A stretch of 64,000 nt of DNA from Eledone cirrhosa (lineage: Eukaryota), in assembly GCA_964016885.1 (NCBI GenBank), contig OZ024742.1:178250001-178314000 (forward strand), written 5' to 3'. Each line of letters starts with the position of its first letter. The first letter of the stretch is position 1. Shown here in pieces: positions 44,438 through 59,099 of the stretch. A program made the translations under genes and the position numbers. The notes beneath the pieces are model-generated. The model was given only the letters and a program-made list of their open reading frames with translations, was not told where the DNA came from and did no database searches.

Positions 44438-44815
44438 AATTGTTTCTACTTTTTGGCACAAGGCAAGCAATTACCCAGTACATTACTGGTACTTTATTTT
44501 ATCGACCCCGTAAGTATGAAAATTAAAGTTAACCTCGGCGGGATTTGAACTCAGAATGTTTGAACAAAAATGATAATATTAATGATAATAATAATAATTT
44601 GAACAAAAATTATAATAATAATGATTTCTACTGTTGGCACAAGGCCAGTAATTTGGGGATAGGGGAAAGTCGATTAAATTGACACCAGTTGTTACTGGTA
44701 CTTATTTTATCGACCCCGTAAGAAGGAATGACAAAGCTAACTTAGGCAGCATTCGGGATAAGCTTTGTGTTTTAGTACCAGTAAGGAACTGAGGTCGATT
44801 TTAATCGACTTTCTC
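44438..44815 (-). mobile_element. Cluster of truncated tRNA-SINEs with AAT-like tails
   Basis: 44438-44560, 44620-44750 and a further fragment. Confidence 0.8.
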
Positions 44816-45077
44816 ACTCCTTCAAAAGGAATCCAGGTATGAGATCAAACACGGATGAAAGCAAACACGCAAATGTATGAAGAGATATTCTATGAAACAA
44901 GAGAGTAACAGATGCAGAGTTGAATGAAATTAAGAAGAATGTTGAAAAAGATTTGGAAATATCAATATCGCAAATGGATAAACATGAATATGTGACAAAA
45001 GCGAAACCAGGTAATTTATTGACTAAGTTGTTCCCGGGAGAAATTTCACAAAAAAATTGAAAATGTTTAGCATTCAG

Positions 45078-45262
45078 TAGGTGGTTTGGCAGTATCGGTA
45101 GAGGATCGGACGCCATGCTTTCAAGCATAGTTACGTCCCTTTACGATCTGAGTTCAAATCCCGCCGAGGTTGACTTTGCCTTTCATCCTTACGGGGTCGA
45201 TAAAATAAAGTACCAGTAATGCACTGGGTTATTGCTGGCCTTGTGCCTAAAGTAGAAACAAG
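45078..45262 (+). mobile_element. tRNA-SINE (short subfamily)
   Basis: tggcagtatcgg, gagttcaaatc, tail ccttgtgcctaaagtagaaac. Confidence 0.9.
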
Positions 45263-45396
45263 TAATGAGAAGAAGGTAGGTAGATATAACAGCCAAACTC
45301 GCTATCTTCTATTAGGTATTCGTACTAACATTTACCTATCGTGATGTATCTTGGATAATGACCGAAACAATATGATTGCGAATACAAGCAGTCATG

Positions 45397-45470
<74 letters not shown>

Positions 45471-45655
45471 TGTTTCTACTTTAGGCACAAGGCCAGCAAT
45501 TACACAGTGCATTACTGGTACTTTATTTTATCGACCCCGTAAGAATGAAAGGCAAAGTCAACCTCGGCGGGATTTGAACTCAGATCGTAAAGGGACGTAA
45601 CTATGCTGGAAAGCATGGCGTCCGACCCTCTACCGATACTGCCAATCCACCGCCC
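45471..45655 (-). mobile_element. tRNA-SINE (short subfamily) with long (AAT)n tail 45397-45470
   Basis: Full head to tail. Confidence 0.9.
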
Positions 45656-45940
45656 TCCTATTAAGCCTTTGATGTAGATATATAATTATTAATAATAATA
45701 ATAATAATAATGCTTTCTTTATTAACCACAAGGGTCTACATGAAGTAGAGATTAAGGACAGTACAGGACAATACAGGGCGGTACAAATGGGCATTTCTGC
45801 GTGTAAAAAACAAGAAACAGAGGATGTAATAATAGAACAATGAAAAAATTCCCCAATAGGGGGGAGACTTCTGAGGGAAATTCGTGGAGAAAGCCCATTA
45901 AAAAGCCACAGTGGCCCTCTCCCAGTTTTCCACCTTTAAT

Positions 45941-48900
45941 TTACAGACACATACTCAGAGTAGGCCCATTCACTCGGGCCATTCTTGCCTCTCTCACCCA
46001 TCTTTCAACAAAATGCTGGGAAGAGAGCACTTCCCTTTCTACCCTGAATTTCCTTTTTAAATGAAATTTGAAAAAGTTAATCAGGGCATCACCGAAGAGG
46101 TAAGTGCTCGTCTTCAGCCCTTTCAAACGTGTCCACCATACTATCTCTTTCGCCATGACCACCAGACAGATAAAAACTGCCTGCCCTTCCCGACTAAAGG
46201 AAGAGGGCGGGGCAATCCTCACGATGGACTCAGCTGATAGCTGGATCCGTCCTACACGCGACAACAGGTGTTCGACATAAACCCACAAGTCAGCAATGCT
46301 CGGACACTGGATGAGTGCGTGCACGACGGTTTCGTCGCCCTGCGCGCATCTCGGACATGCCCGGCTGACGGCACCTCCATGCCTGTAGAGTTTATCCCGA
46401 ACTGGCAAAGCTCCTCGGTAGCACTGCCAGGCCAGGGATTTCTGGAAGTTGTCCATAGGCCCCGACCCGAAAGTTCTTCCAAAGAGATTGGCTAGTTGAT
46501 TTTCGTCGACGCCTAGAGTTTCCCCAAGTACGTCGTCGCTCTTCCCCTCCACTAATCCTCTATAGAACGCCAAGGTGGAGTTTCCACCGATCACATTGCC
46601 CGATTGGTCGAGGGCTGTGAGCGCCTGAAGACATTCCAGTCTCCAAGCGCTCCCTCTCGGTCTTCGCTTGACCCAGGACTGCAGCTCCGTCAAGGAGACG
46701 AGCTGGGGAAAGACGCGTCTAGCAAACGGAGACCACACCTGATCACCGTCGAGGAATAGGTGGAGATGTCGTAGCCTGAGCACGTGTCTGCGCATCATCA
46801 GCCACCGCATTCCCAGCCCTCCACGTAGCGGGTGTTAACAGCAGATGGACCGCCTGACCATCGGAGCACGTCCCTTCCACAAAAAGCGAAAGAGCAAACG
46901 CTCCAGCGCAGTCAGGCAGGGCTTAGGACAAAGTACGACGGTCAGGCGGTAGTAGATGACGGACGCGATATACGCGTTAGCCACCTCCGCTCGACCTTTC
47001 AGGGATAGCTTCCTCTCCGCCCATTTCTGGGTGAGAGAGGCCACACAGCTCGTCACCTCGTCCCAGTTTTTGTCCGTCTGGAGATCCGGACCGAACCAGA
47101 CACTGAGCAATTTAACTGGTCCGTCCGTCCAGCGCCCGGCGACGCTGTTGGATGGCATGGACCTGCCTCTACAGGTGCCGAGCTGCAGGCCTACTGACTT
47201 TCCTGGTTGATCATTGCTCCTGTCACCGCTTCGTATTCTCTTAGTGTAGTGCCGATCGCCTCGATGTGTTTGGCGTTTGACACCACTACGGTGACATCGT
47301 CCGCATATGCTGACACGGATCTTCCGCATCCTAGTTCGCGCGGGACCCCCCTCAACGTCTCCAGTTTGTGCAGTAATGGCTCGAGAGTCAATACGTACAA
47401 GAAGGACGAGAGAGGACATCCTTGGCGGACCGAGCGCATGATGTTGAACGGTTCCGAAAGGTGACCGTTCACTCTCACCACAGAGCAGATGTCGCTGTGC
47501 ATGGCAGCGATCCAGCCTATGAAGACGGGCCCAAAGCCAGCCGCCCTCAGGACTGCCGCTAGGTAACGATGGTCGACCCTATCGAAAGCTTTTGACTGAT
47601 CTAAATTGATCAAGGACCCACCCGTGCCAGGTTCCCTAGCTACCCTCTCTACGATGTATCGCATGAGGTGGAGGTGGTCATGGATGGATCTGTCGGGAAT
47701 GGCGCATGTCTGCGCCTCTCCCACCAGACCACCAACGACAAGCGCCAACCTCTTTGCTAGCACCTTGGCCAAAATCTTGAACTCTGTGTTTAGCAGAGTT
47801 ATGAGCCTAAAATTATCTATGTTATCCCCCTTGTTCGGATCCTTTCTCAACAGCGCCACAGCTCCTCAGCTCACAAAGCTGGAAATTCTCCCGTTCTGTG
47901 CCAGTTGCAGTAGACGTTCGCCAAGAGGCCTCCGAACAAGTCTGGCATCTGTACGTAAAGTTCATAGGGCAGACCATCCAAACCAGGCGATTTACCCCTT
48001 GTGCAGCTAGTCATTGCCTCCCGTACTTCAGCGGCTATTATCGGCTTTTCGCAACACTCCGCCTCAGTGGCCGAGAGCCGCGGCAGTCCTTCGAGGTAGA
48101 CACTAAAGTCCATCCCTCGATCCGGCCCGCCGCTGCCCCCGAACAACTGAGCGAAGTGTCGCTGAAAAGCTTCACACATTTGCTCGGGATCGAGTAGCAT
48201 GCGCCCGTCGTGGTCCACCAAAGACCGGATCGTGGCTTTGTTTCCACAACGCTCCTCCGCCACTCGGGCCCATTGAACGGCTTTCGACCCCTCGTGTCTG
48301 AGAGCACGCACCCTAGCTCTGACAACGCAGCCTTCGTGCTTTGCATTGAAGAATTGGTCAAGGGCCAATTTCGCCGCAAGTACGTCGGTCGCGATGCCTT
48401 TGCTAAGCGCCTCGTCTAATTTTCTAACTAATTCTCCCTCTGCTCTATTTTTCTCTATAGCTAAAGCATTACTAAACCTAATGGACTCTATTCTAATTGC
48501 TCTTTTCAGAGCAAACCACCACTTGTTGTTGACGATGGCCCCCGTCAACGCCCGCTTAACTAGTTCGCTAATCCGGTCTCTGTAGGCCTTGCGCGCTGGT
48601 AAGGATGCGTTTAGCTTCCAGTAGCCGGGTCCTCGTCTATGAGGCCTATCTAAGTCAAGCACACAGATCACAAATTTGTGGTCCGTGTAGCTGACTATCT
48701 TGAATTGTGGACAGCCTATGCTAGACCTATCTATTTCTCTACAAAATACTCTATCTAGATATGATCTGGATGTCCCTATGCGATTTGTCCAAGTCCACAT
48801 TGGCACATTCGGGAAATCCAATCGCTACCTGTCAGACAGTTCAAAACGCCTGAGCAGGTTGGTGAGTCTCTTGCACCGTCCTCCTCTATCCGCTAATCCC

Positions 48901-49350
48901 ACACAGTTCCAGCGTGTATCTAAGATTCCGTTCCAGTCGCCCACTAACACTAAAGTGCGGGACGTTCCAAGAAAAGGTCTCCAGACGCCGGAAGAAATCA
49001 GGCCACCCTGCTCCTGTCGGGGCATAGACGGCCACTAGCCTGAAAGCTTGCCCGTCTCCGCTGGTCACGTCTAGCACCACCCACTTACCTTCTGGGAAGA
49101 TGGCCCGTATGGAGAGATCCAAACCTCTCCGAAAAAGCACAGCAACTCCTCCCCCCGATCCCGGACATCTGGGAGATGCGTACACATCGTAGCCGCCAAA
49201 GATCGGTGCGAAGACCCGTGCTTCGGAGATTCTGGTCTCGCTGATGGCCACTACATCTATGTTTGACCTGAGGTCATTGAGCAGGTGGCCCTGCTTCCAT
49301 GACGACCCCAAGCCACGCGCATTTATGCTGCCTATTCTGAGTGAGGTCAT
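45941..49350 (-). pseudogene. E2 ORF2 (APE-RT-CCHC), frameshifted
   Basis: Very similar to E1 ORF2; YADD present. Confidence 0.92.
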
Positions 49351-49384
49351 GTTGAAATGGAGTGGAAAAGATGGGAAAGACCAC

Positions 49385-51290
49385 TTACCTTACTTCTCGT
49401 AGAGGAAGGATGGTTTGTCCATCCTTTTCACTGCTTGTGGCCTCCTCCGGAAGGATGTCCTTATAAATCCTCCTGGAGAGTGTTTGTCGGAAGTCTCCGA
49501 TGTCTTTGGGGAATTTTTGTTTTAGTGTCGTGTACGTTTCCTGTGTGATGCGAGTGATTTGTATGTGTGGAGGTGGTGTGAACTTTTGGGTTGTGTCGTC
49601 TTTTTCTCTGATGCTGGTGTTGTGTTGCATGTAGTGTAATAATTGGTTGTTCAAATGTAATGCTGTGTAGTGTTATCGTTTGGGTTGTTTTGTTTTGTTT
49701 GCGTTTGTTGTGGGTTTGTTTCTGTTACGCTTTTTGGTGACTTTTGTGGTGTTGGTGATGGTGGTGTTGGGGTTAATGATGGTGATGGGGTTGGTGTTTG
49801 TGGTGATGGGGTTGGTGATGCTGATGTGGATGGTGGCATATCTTTCCTAATTTTTTTGTTTGTTAATTTATTTGTTTCCCTCTGTATTTTGTTTTTGGAG
49901 GGGGAAGGAAGAGAATTTTTTCTTTTTGGTTTCTTTTTTTTCTTTTTTCCTGATACCGTTTCCCATTCCTCGTCGTCACAATCTGTCTCCAGTTGCGATA
50001 GGCCGGGGAGTGGAAATTCCTCCACAGGCGTTGGTTTTGGTTGTGGCGTGGTGGATGGTGTAGGCGCTGGTGATAGTTCTGGCGCGTTGGTTGGTGGTGG
50101 TGTTGGTTTTGCTACTGTTGCCGGGGTTGTTGCTGTTACAGTTGCTTCTGTTGTTGCTGCTACATTTGTTGCTGCCATTTCTGCTGCTGGTGGTGTTGAT
50201 GGTTGAGTCACTGGGGTGGGTAAGAGAGGTGGCCTCAACCTTTTAGCTTGAAGGCAGAAAGCCCTTAGGTGGGTTCCTTCACCACAAACGACACACCTAA
50301 GCCTTCTGCCCTCGACGATTACGGTGAGGTGGCTGCCGTCAGTGAGGTCTATTACCTTTGGGATCTCCTCAATGCTTTTATGGTCCGCATGGATCAGGAG
50401 CTCCATCCCAGATCTGGACCAGTTCTCCTGCTTTTCTTTCGCTATTTCAATTATCTTGGTGTTGGCCTCGATGCCGGCGAGGACGGCAGCCATTAGCCAG
50501 GGAATTTCGATGGCCGGAGGAACGTGGGTCACCCTGATCTTCACAAGACTCTGGCCACAATAGCTTGGTACGAGTGTAAAGTCATCACTTCTTAATGGGG
50601 CCATGGAGTGTTCTCTGGCCTCCTGTGGTGTTTCAAAGAACACGTCCACGGTTCCATACTTCTGCCCACGTCTGATGTGGGGTTTTTTTGCCCACACATG
50701 TCCCAAAGCTTTTTCGGCGCGATTTTATGTTAATTGTCCGATAAGACACGGTGCATAGGCGACGTTGCTCCATTTTATTAGGTGGGGTGAGGCTGACCCT
50801 GTACCCATCTTTCTTTACCAGTCCTTTGGCTTCTTCTAATTCCTCCTGAGTTACCTGGATCGCTTCGCACGTTTTTGCTACTCTGGCAAAACTCAGGGTA
50901 GTTTTCTTAATTTCATTGTTGCTGTTGTTGTTATCGTTATTTTTTGCTATTGTTAATTTTAGTTTCAGTTGTGGTGGTGGTGGCGTCAGTGGTGTTCGGT
51001 GTGGAAGAGTTCATTTTGGTTGAATTCATTTCGATATCACGAGTTAATTTATTTTTTTCTTTTGTTTCTGTTGTCGCTGTGGTGGTGGTGGGGGTGGGGG
51101 TTGTCGCGTGGTGGTGGTGGCGGCTTTAACACCTGCAGTCATTGGTAATGGCGGGAAATGAACGTCTGCCTGAGACAAATTTAAAATATTGCTACTGCTT
51201 ACATTTCCAGTGTTGGCAAACGTAGTAACATTTACAATTGTGGTGTCGGTGTTAGATTGTGAGGTAAGAGTGACTCTGAGACATCCATGA
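49385..51290 (-). pseudogene. E2 ORF1 (RRM-like, CVVCGEGTHLRAFC knuckle, T/P-rich)
   Basis: ORF fragments 49385-49654 and 49651-50706; start uncertain. Confidence 0.72.
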
Positions 51291-51793
51291 TTTTTCAAAG
51301 AAAAATTTTTGTTTGATAATTATAAAAAGTTTTAATTTTGGACTCAAGGCCCCAATATTTTTTAGTGTCCTTTTCAGAAATCAATGTATGTGCACTTATA
51401 TACAGTTAACAATAAAAATTTTCCATAAATGGCAATTTTAAACAACTGAAAATAACAAACCTTTGCGGAGCTCACGATGATACGATTTACTACGTAGGTC
51501 GCCAATAATAATAATAATAATAATGGTTTCTTTATTGGCCACAAGGGCTGACATGAAGAAAAATATTAGAGACGGCACAGAACAGTACAGGACGATACAA
51601 AGTGGGTTTTGGTCGTGTAAATAGGTTATAACAAGATATAAATCGGGATAGAAATCAAAAAAATTCAAACAACAAAAATTCCCCCAAAAGGGGGAAACCT
51701 CCGAGGTTCACTCGTGGTGAAAACCACACAAAAGACCTCGGCCACCCTGACCACCAGGGCAAGCGCCCGCTCTCACTTTTCCCACTCCTCAGT

Positions 51794-54700
51794 CTACAGG
51801 CGCATACTCAGAGCTGGCCCGTTTACTCGGACCAGACTTGCCACTTTCACCCACCTTTCAACAAACTTACTAGAAGACAGCACTTGCCTCTCCACCCTGA
51901 TTTTCCTCTTCAAGTGAAACTTGAAAAAGTTAATCAGGGATTGGCCGAAGAGGAAAGTGTCCGTCTTCAACCCTTTCAACCTTGTCCACCACACAATCTC
52001 TTTCGCCATGGCGACCAGGCAGATGAAAACTGCCTGCTCATCCTCCTCTTTAAAGGAGGATGGCGGGGCTATCTGTACAATGGACTCAGTCGATAACCGG
52101 ATCCGTCCTACACGCGATAACAGCTGTTCGACATAGCTCCACAAGTCAGCAATACTCGGGCACTGAACGAGTGAGTGCAGGACGGTTTCGTCGCCCTGCG
52201 CGCATCTCGGACAGGCTCAGCTGACAGCACCTCTGTACCTGTAGATCTTATCCCGAACTGGCAACGCTCCTCGGTAGCACTGCCAGGCCAGGAATTTCTG
52301 GAAGTTGTCCATAGGCCCCGGTCTGAAAGTTCTCTTGAAGAGAGCGAACAGCTGATCGTCTTCGACGCCAAGGGTCTCCCCGAGAACGTCGTCGCTCTTT
52401 CCCTCCACTAGCCCTCTATAGAACGCCGAGGTGGATGTTCCACCGATACTAGTGCCCAGCCAGTAGAGGTAGGTGAGCGCTTGGAGACATTCCAGCTTCC
52501 AAGCGCTATCCCTCGGTCTTTTCGTGATCCAGGACTGCAGCTCCGTCAAGGAGACGAAGTCGGGAAAAGCGCGTCTGGCAAACGGCGACCACACCTGTTC
52601 ACCGTCAAGGAAGCACCAGAGATGTCACAACCTCAGCGCATGTCTGCTCTACGTAGTCCTCCACGCAACGGGTGTTGACAGCAAATGGTCGTCTGACCAT
52701 GGGAGCACGTCCTTTCCACAAAAAGCGGAAGAGAAGGCGCTCCATTTTGGTCAGAGTTGGGCGGGGGCAAGGTACGACGGTCAGGTGGTAGCAGATGACG
52801 GACGCTATGTACGCATTCGCCACCTCCACCCGACCTTTCAGAGACAGCCTCCTCTCGGGCCATTTCTGGGCTCGTCACCTCGCTCCAGTTTTTCTCCATC
52901 TGGAGATCCGGACCGTACCAGACCCCAAGCAATTTAACCGGTCCTTAGGTCCAGCGCCCCACAACGCTGTCGGACGGCATGGAATTGCCTCTCCAGGTGC
53001 CGAGTTGCAAGCCCACCGACTTTTCCTGGTTTATCTTTGCTCCTGTCACCGCTTCGTATTCCTTGATAGCGGTGCCGAGCATCTGGACGTGTTTGGTGCT
53101 CGACAGCACCACGGTGACGTCGTCAGCGTAAGCTGACACGGATCTCCCGCATCCCAGTTCGCGTGGGATCCCCCTCATCGTCTCCAATTTGTGCAGTAAC
53201 GGCTCTAGGGCTAGTACGTGCAAGAGGGACGAGAGGCGGTAACCCTAGCGGACCGAGCGCATGTTGCTGAAAGGCTGCGACAGGTGACCATTCACCTCAC
53301 AATCGAGCAGAGGTCGCTGTGCATCGCGGCGATCCAGCCCCTAAAAATGGGCCCGAAGCCGGCCCCCTCGAGGTACCGATGGTCGACCTATCAAATGCTT
53401 TAGATTGATCCAAGTTGATCAGGGCCCAACCCGTGCTAGGTTCCTTAACCACCCTCTCTATGATGTACCGCATGATATAGAGTTTGTCGTGGATGGATCT
53501 GTCCGAAATGGCGGATGTCTGCGCCTCTCCCACCAGCTCACCAACGACAAGCGCCAATCTCTTTGCTAACACGTTGCCAAAATCTTAAACTCTGCGTTTA
53601 GCAGAGTTATGGGCCTGAAGTTGTCTATAACGTCCCCCTTATTCGGGTCTTTTCTCAGCAGCGCCACCGCTTCCCGGCTCACAAAACTGGGAATGCTTCC
53701 GTTCTGCTGCCAGTTCATCTGCCAAGAGGTCGCCGAACAAGTCTAGCATATACGCATAAAGCTCGTAGCGCAGACCATCCAAACCTGGAGATTTACACCT
53801 CGTGCAGTCAGACATCGCTTCCCGTATTTAACCTGCTGTAATCGGCTTTTCGCAGTACTGCGCTGCGGTCGTCGAGGGCCGCGGCAGTCCGTCGAGTTAT
53901 TCACCGAAATCCATACTCCGATCCGGCCCGCCGCCGCTCCCGATCAATTGAGCAAAGTGCTGTTGAAAAGCCGCACACATCTGCTCGGGTTAGAGCAACA
54001 TGCGCCCATTTTGATCAGGCAAAGAACGAATTATGGACTTGTTGCCACGTCGTGCCTCCACCACCCGGGCCCATTAAACGGCTTTCGTCCCCTCGTTTCT
54101 TAGAGTACGCTCTCTAGCTCTGACAACGCAGCCTTCATGCTTTGCGTTGAAGAATTTGTCGAGTGCCAATCTCGCCGCAAGCACGTCGGTTGCGATGCCT
54201 GTCCTAAACCCCTCTTCTAGCTTTCTAACTAACTCTCCCTCTACTCTATTTTCCTCTATCACTACTCCTTTGCTAAACCTTATCGATTCTACTCTAATAG
54301 CTCTTTTCAGGGTAAACCACCACCTGTTGTTGACGATTGCACCCGTCAACGCACGCTTAACTAATTCGCTAATCCGGCCTCTGTAAGCTTTTCGCGCCGG
54401 GAACGACGCGTTCAGCTTCCAGTAGCCGGGCCCTTGCCTATGGAGTCAATCTAAGTCAACTTCACAGATCACAAATTTGAGGTCCGTGTAGTCGACTACT
54501 TTAAATTGTGTTCAACCTACACTAGCCTTATCTGTTTCCCTACAAAATACCCATTCTAAATACGATCTGGATGACCCGATGCGGTTTGCCCATGTCCACA
54601 TTGGCACATTCGGATAATCCAATCTATACCTGTCAGACAGTTCAAAACGTCTGAGCAGGTTGTTGAGGCTTTTACACCCTCCTGCCCTGTCTACTAGCCC

Positions 54701-55132
54701 CACATAATCCCAGCGTGCATCTAAGATACCGTTCCAGTCGCCCACTAATACTAAAGAGCGGGACGTTCCAATAAAGGTCTCTAGACGTCTGATGAAATCT
54801 GGTCGCCCTGCCCCTATTGGGGCGTAGACGGCTACTAGCCTGAAAGCATTGCCTTCGCTGTCGGTCACATCCAGCACCACCGACTTACCTTCTGGGTCCA
54901 AGCCTCTCTGAAAAAGCACGGCAACCCCTCCCCCCGATCCTGGACGGCTGGGAGATGCGTATACATCGTAGCCGCCGAAGGTCGGTGCGAAGGCTCGTGC
55001 CTCGGAGATTCTGGTCTCGCTGATGGCCACTACATCTATGTTTAGTGACCTGAGGTCATTGAGCAGGTGACCCTGCTTCCAAGATGACCCCAGGCCACGT
55101 GCATTTATACTGCCTATTCTGCGTACGGCCAT
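51794..55132 (-). pseudogene. E3 ORF2, many disruptions
   Basis: INARGL, SET, GDWN, DQSKAFD, YADD, CPRC. Confidence 0.9.
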
Positions 55133-55164
55133 GTTGGATGAGAAACGGGGCAAGTGAGAAAGGG

Positions 55165-57010
55165 TCACTTACCTTGATCGTGTGGTGAAGGGACAGTAGG
55201 ACCGTCTCTTTCGCTGGTCATGGGTGTTTCCAAGAGGATGTCGGTGTATATCCTCTTGGTAACCGACCCTCTGAAGTCTCCAACTGCGTTGGGGAATTTT
55301 TGTTTTAAAAGTTTGTAATGTTCTATTTTGATTTCAATGATGTTTATGTTTGTCGGGAGAGTTCTTGGTGTTGGTGGGGTGTAGTATTTTTTTCTGTGAT
55401 GTCTGTGTACTGCTTTATATATTGTAAGAGTTCTCTATTTGCCATGTTTATGGCTGTGTACTTTTTGGCGGAAGGGGTGCTTTTGTTGCTGTTTTCTTGT
55501 TGTTGCTGTTGGGTGTGTGTGTTTTGTTGTGTTTGCGATGTTGGTGTCTTTGGTGATTCTGGTGATGGTGTGGTTGTTGTTGGTGGTGATGCTTTACCCC
55601 TCTTTGCCTGCCTTCACTTTTGGAGGGTGAAGCTAAAGGGTTTTTCCTTTTTTGTTTTTTGTGGCAGACCGTTTGCCACTTCCCTCCCGCCTCATACTCC
55701 ATGTCAGATTCCGTGGCATCTGGGAGGGGTATGAACTCCACTGCTGTTGGTGGTGGTAGTGGGGCCCGCTCCGGCGATTTTGCCGCCGGTGTAGCTACTA
55801 CGACTGTTGGTGTTGCCTCCACAGCTGCCGCTGTTTAGTTGTCCGTGGCCTTGGTATGGGTGCCACGGACGTTGCCCTCCTACTCGCCATGGAAGAGTCT
55901 TCTGCCTATGTTGCCTGCCCTGCTCTTGGTAGCAGCTGATCAGGCGTCGGAAGGAGGGGGCCCTCTTCTTCGCTGTCTTCTGCGGGAAGAAGGCCCTGAG
56001 ATGACCCTTCTGCCCACAGATATAGCACTTTGGGCGTCTTCCTTCCACGCTTATAGGGAGTTGGAGCCCTTCTTCGAGGTCTATGATATCTGGGATGGCC
56101 TCGATGCACTCCTGGTCAGTCTGTATTAGCATTTGCATGCCTATTCCTGACCAGTTCTCTCTTCCCATTCTCTGCATTTGCCAGCCAGTACAGACGCGGC
56201 CAGCCAAGGTATGGGCACGTCGGCAGGATCTGGGTCACTTTGACCCTCACAATTTTCTGCCCGCAGTAGGAGCGCACCAAAACTATCTCCTCACTCTTTA
56301 GGGTTTCCAAAGAGTGAGACTTCGCCTCTTGGGGGTGGCGAAAAGTACATCTACTGTGGCGTACCTTTTGCCTCGGATGATGTGGGTTTTGCGCGCCCAG
56401 ACGCACCCCAAGGCCTTTGGGATTTGAGCTCCGTGGCTCTCTCCACCCGATGTGACATATTGCTTACGGTGCGGTAAGTCACCGTGCGCAGCTGCTGGTC
56501 TTTGAAGAAATCGGGTGGAGGTTTCAGGGAAACTATATTGTCGTTTCTCGACACCATGGTTCTTGTGACTGCCATATCCTCTTCCGTGAGTAGCACTGTC
56601 TCTATATTTCGGGCCACACCTGCGAAAGAAATGGCCCCTTTTTCAGCGGCACCATTATTGCTGCCGCTACTGCTGTTACTGGTCTTGTTGTTGGTGCTGT
56701 TGCTGTTGCTACTGCTACAAACGGTGGTGTTGGTGTTGTTGCTGTTATCACTCTTGTTATTGGTTGTGTTTTTGGTGCCACCGTTGTTGTTGTTTTCGGT
56801 GCAATTTGTATTGTTGCTGTTGGTGTTGTCGTTGTTTATTTTCTTGTTAGTGGTGTTAATATCGTTGTTGCATTTGTTGTCATTTTTTTTCTGTTGTCTG
56901 TATTTTGGTTGACGCTGTTATTGTTGTAGTTGGAGTGGTAATTTTTTCAAAATTAGTGTTCTGTGTTGTTGTCTTTGTTCACGTTGTTTGTGGTGGTATT
57001 TGTTGTATGA
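55165..57010 (-). pseudogene. E3 ORF1 (CYICGQKGHLRAF knuckle)
   Basis: Fragments similar to E1 ORF1; start uncertain. Confidence 0.7.
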
Positions 57011-57322
57011 ATTTCACTAACCCTCCTCTCAACTTTTACGCCGTTGTCTCACGACAGCAGACGTATTGCTGGGGGGGGGGGCGTGGTTCAACCATGTTTT
57101 TTTTGTTTTTTTTTATTTTCAAAAGTAAAATGTTCAAATATTGTTCAAATATTTGGGCCAAAAGGCCCAAATATTATACTTTCCCCTTCACAGGGCAAAG
57201 TCTAAGGGCTTATATCCCTTACACAACAAGAAAAATTAAGCAACAAATAATTATAACAGGTAAATAAAGCGACTTACTGGGAGTGAGTAAAAAGCATCCG
57301 AACAGACCAATAATAATAATAA

Positions 57323-57508
57323 TTGTTTCTACTTTTGGCACAAGGCCAGCAATTACCCAGTGCATTACTGGTACTTTCTTTCATCGACCCCGTAAGGATG
57401 AAAGGCAAAGTTAACCTCGACGGGATTTGAACTCAGAATGGCAAGGGCCGTAACTCTATGCGTCAAATCATGCTTCTGATCCTCTACTGATACTTCCAAT
57501 CCACCGCC
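57323..57508 (-). mobile_element. tRNA-SINE whose AAT tail abuts the E3 5' end
   Basis: Full head to tail. Confidence 0.88.
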
Positions 57509-58019
57509 GAAGAAGAAGAAGAAGAAGAAGAGGAAGTAGATGTTGGCGAAACTGAAACTATGTGCTCAATGGGAGCAAAAACTAATGCATGGGCAGTATG
57601 TTCTCCATAGCAAATAATCTGATCAGTGGCTGGGGAATTATAGGCTAAATGCAGAAAGTGAGTGTTTCATTTGGCTGCACAAGACCAGTGTCTTTCAACG
57701 CGCAACTTTCAAGCCAACATGCTCAGAAATAAAACTGATCTAAAGTGTCAATTTTGCGATAAACAAGTTGAGATTATTGTCTACGTGGTTCCAGACTGCA
57801 AAGTATTTGTGGGAAAGGGAAAATCAACCCCGTAAGGATGAAAGACAAAGCTAACCTCGGTGGGAATTGAAATCTGAACGTAAAGGAACGCAATTCTACG
57901 AAAGATTTATGATAATGATTTCTGGTGATTTCTTTAATAAACTCAATTAACATATTTCGCCAATATTGCTTCTTTATTTTACTGTGGCGCATCTTCGATT
58001 AATATAATCATAAGATCTT

Positions 58020-58125
58020 TTATATATTTATCTATATGTGTGTATATGCGTGCATGTGCGCGTATGTAGATGGGTATATACATATATATGTATATGTAGA
58101 TATATACATATATGTACACATGCAC

Positions 58126-58174
<49 letters not shown>

Positions 58175-58335
58175 TATACATGTATATGTATATACATGCA
58201 CATGTATATATATACATATATACACACATATATACATATATGTATGTATATATATGTATATATATATATATATTAATCATATATATATACATACATATAT
58301 ATATATATATATACATATATATACATACATATATG

Positions 58336-58366
<31 letters not shown>

Positions 58367-58368
58367 AA

Positions 58369-58422
<54 letters not shown>
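58020..58422. repeat. Compound TA/CA/TG microsatellite
   Basis: Direct. Confidence 0.95.
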
Positions 58423-58423
<1 letters not shown>

Positions 58424-59099
58424 TGAGTATACGTAAAATTATATTATATTGTAATTTTACTTCATGCATTTTTTATTTTTATCTCTTTATTAATTTTCAA
58501 ACATTTTTGTTGTTATTGTTGTTATTGCTGTTATTTTTTCTTTGTTTGCTCTTGTGTTGCACAAAATATCTATCAAGCAATGCCATCTGGTGGCAAAACT
58601 GGGTCTATAATTTCAGTACGCTAAAAAAATATTACTGCTCTTCAATTTCCCATCTATAATCTGATTTTTTTGCTCTTTAAAGATATTCTAAACTAAGTTT
58701 ATTAGAGATGATAATACGATATCAAGCTTTTACAAAAGCTTTTTTCTCTTTTTGTTTCTTTATTCTTTTTCCATTCATATTTTCGGTTCCCGTGCCATCG
58801 TTCATTTCTAATGGCAATTTGATTAATACTGGCAAGTATTTCACATCGATATTTTGGTTGTGGAGGTTGGGTAGATATATATATAGCAGGCACACAGGCA
58901 GACAGAAAGAAATTCTGTTTGAGAACGCTCGGAAGGTTGTGGTTGTTAGCCAATGAAAACAAATATTTTTAGTTGGATCTGGTTAATTTCATTGGAAAAT
59001 TTAGTGAGAGAAAGAAGCCTAACAAAGATAAAACCGAAATACAAACACTAAAGATTATTTTTTTATGATTTCAAGTTTTTTGTATTATTTTAATCATTA

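Larger units (their letters stand above)
45712..51503 (-). mobile_element. Tx1 copy E2, full length, decayed, in (AAT)n
   Basis: (AAT)n at 45690-45711 and 51504-51524. Confidence 0.92.
51525..57308 (-). mobile_element. Tx1 copy E3, full length, decayed, in (AAT)n, tandem with E2
   Basis: (AAT)n on both sides. Confidence 0.92.
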
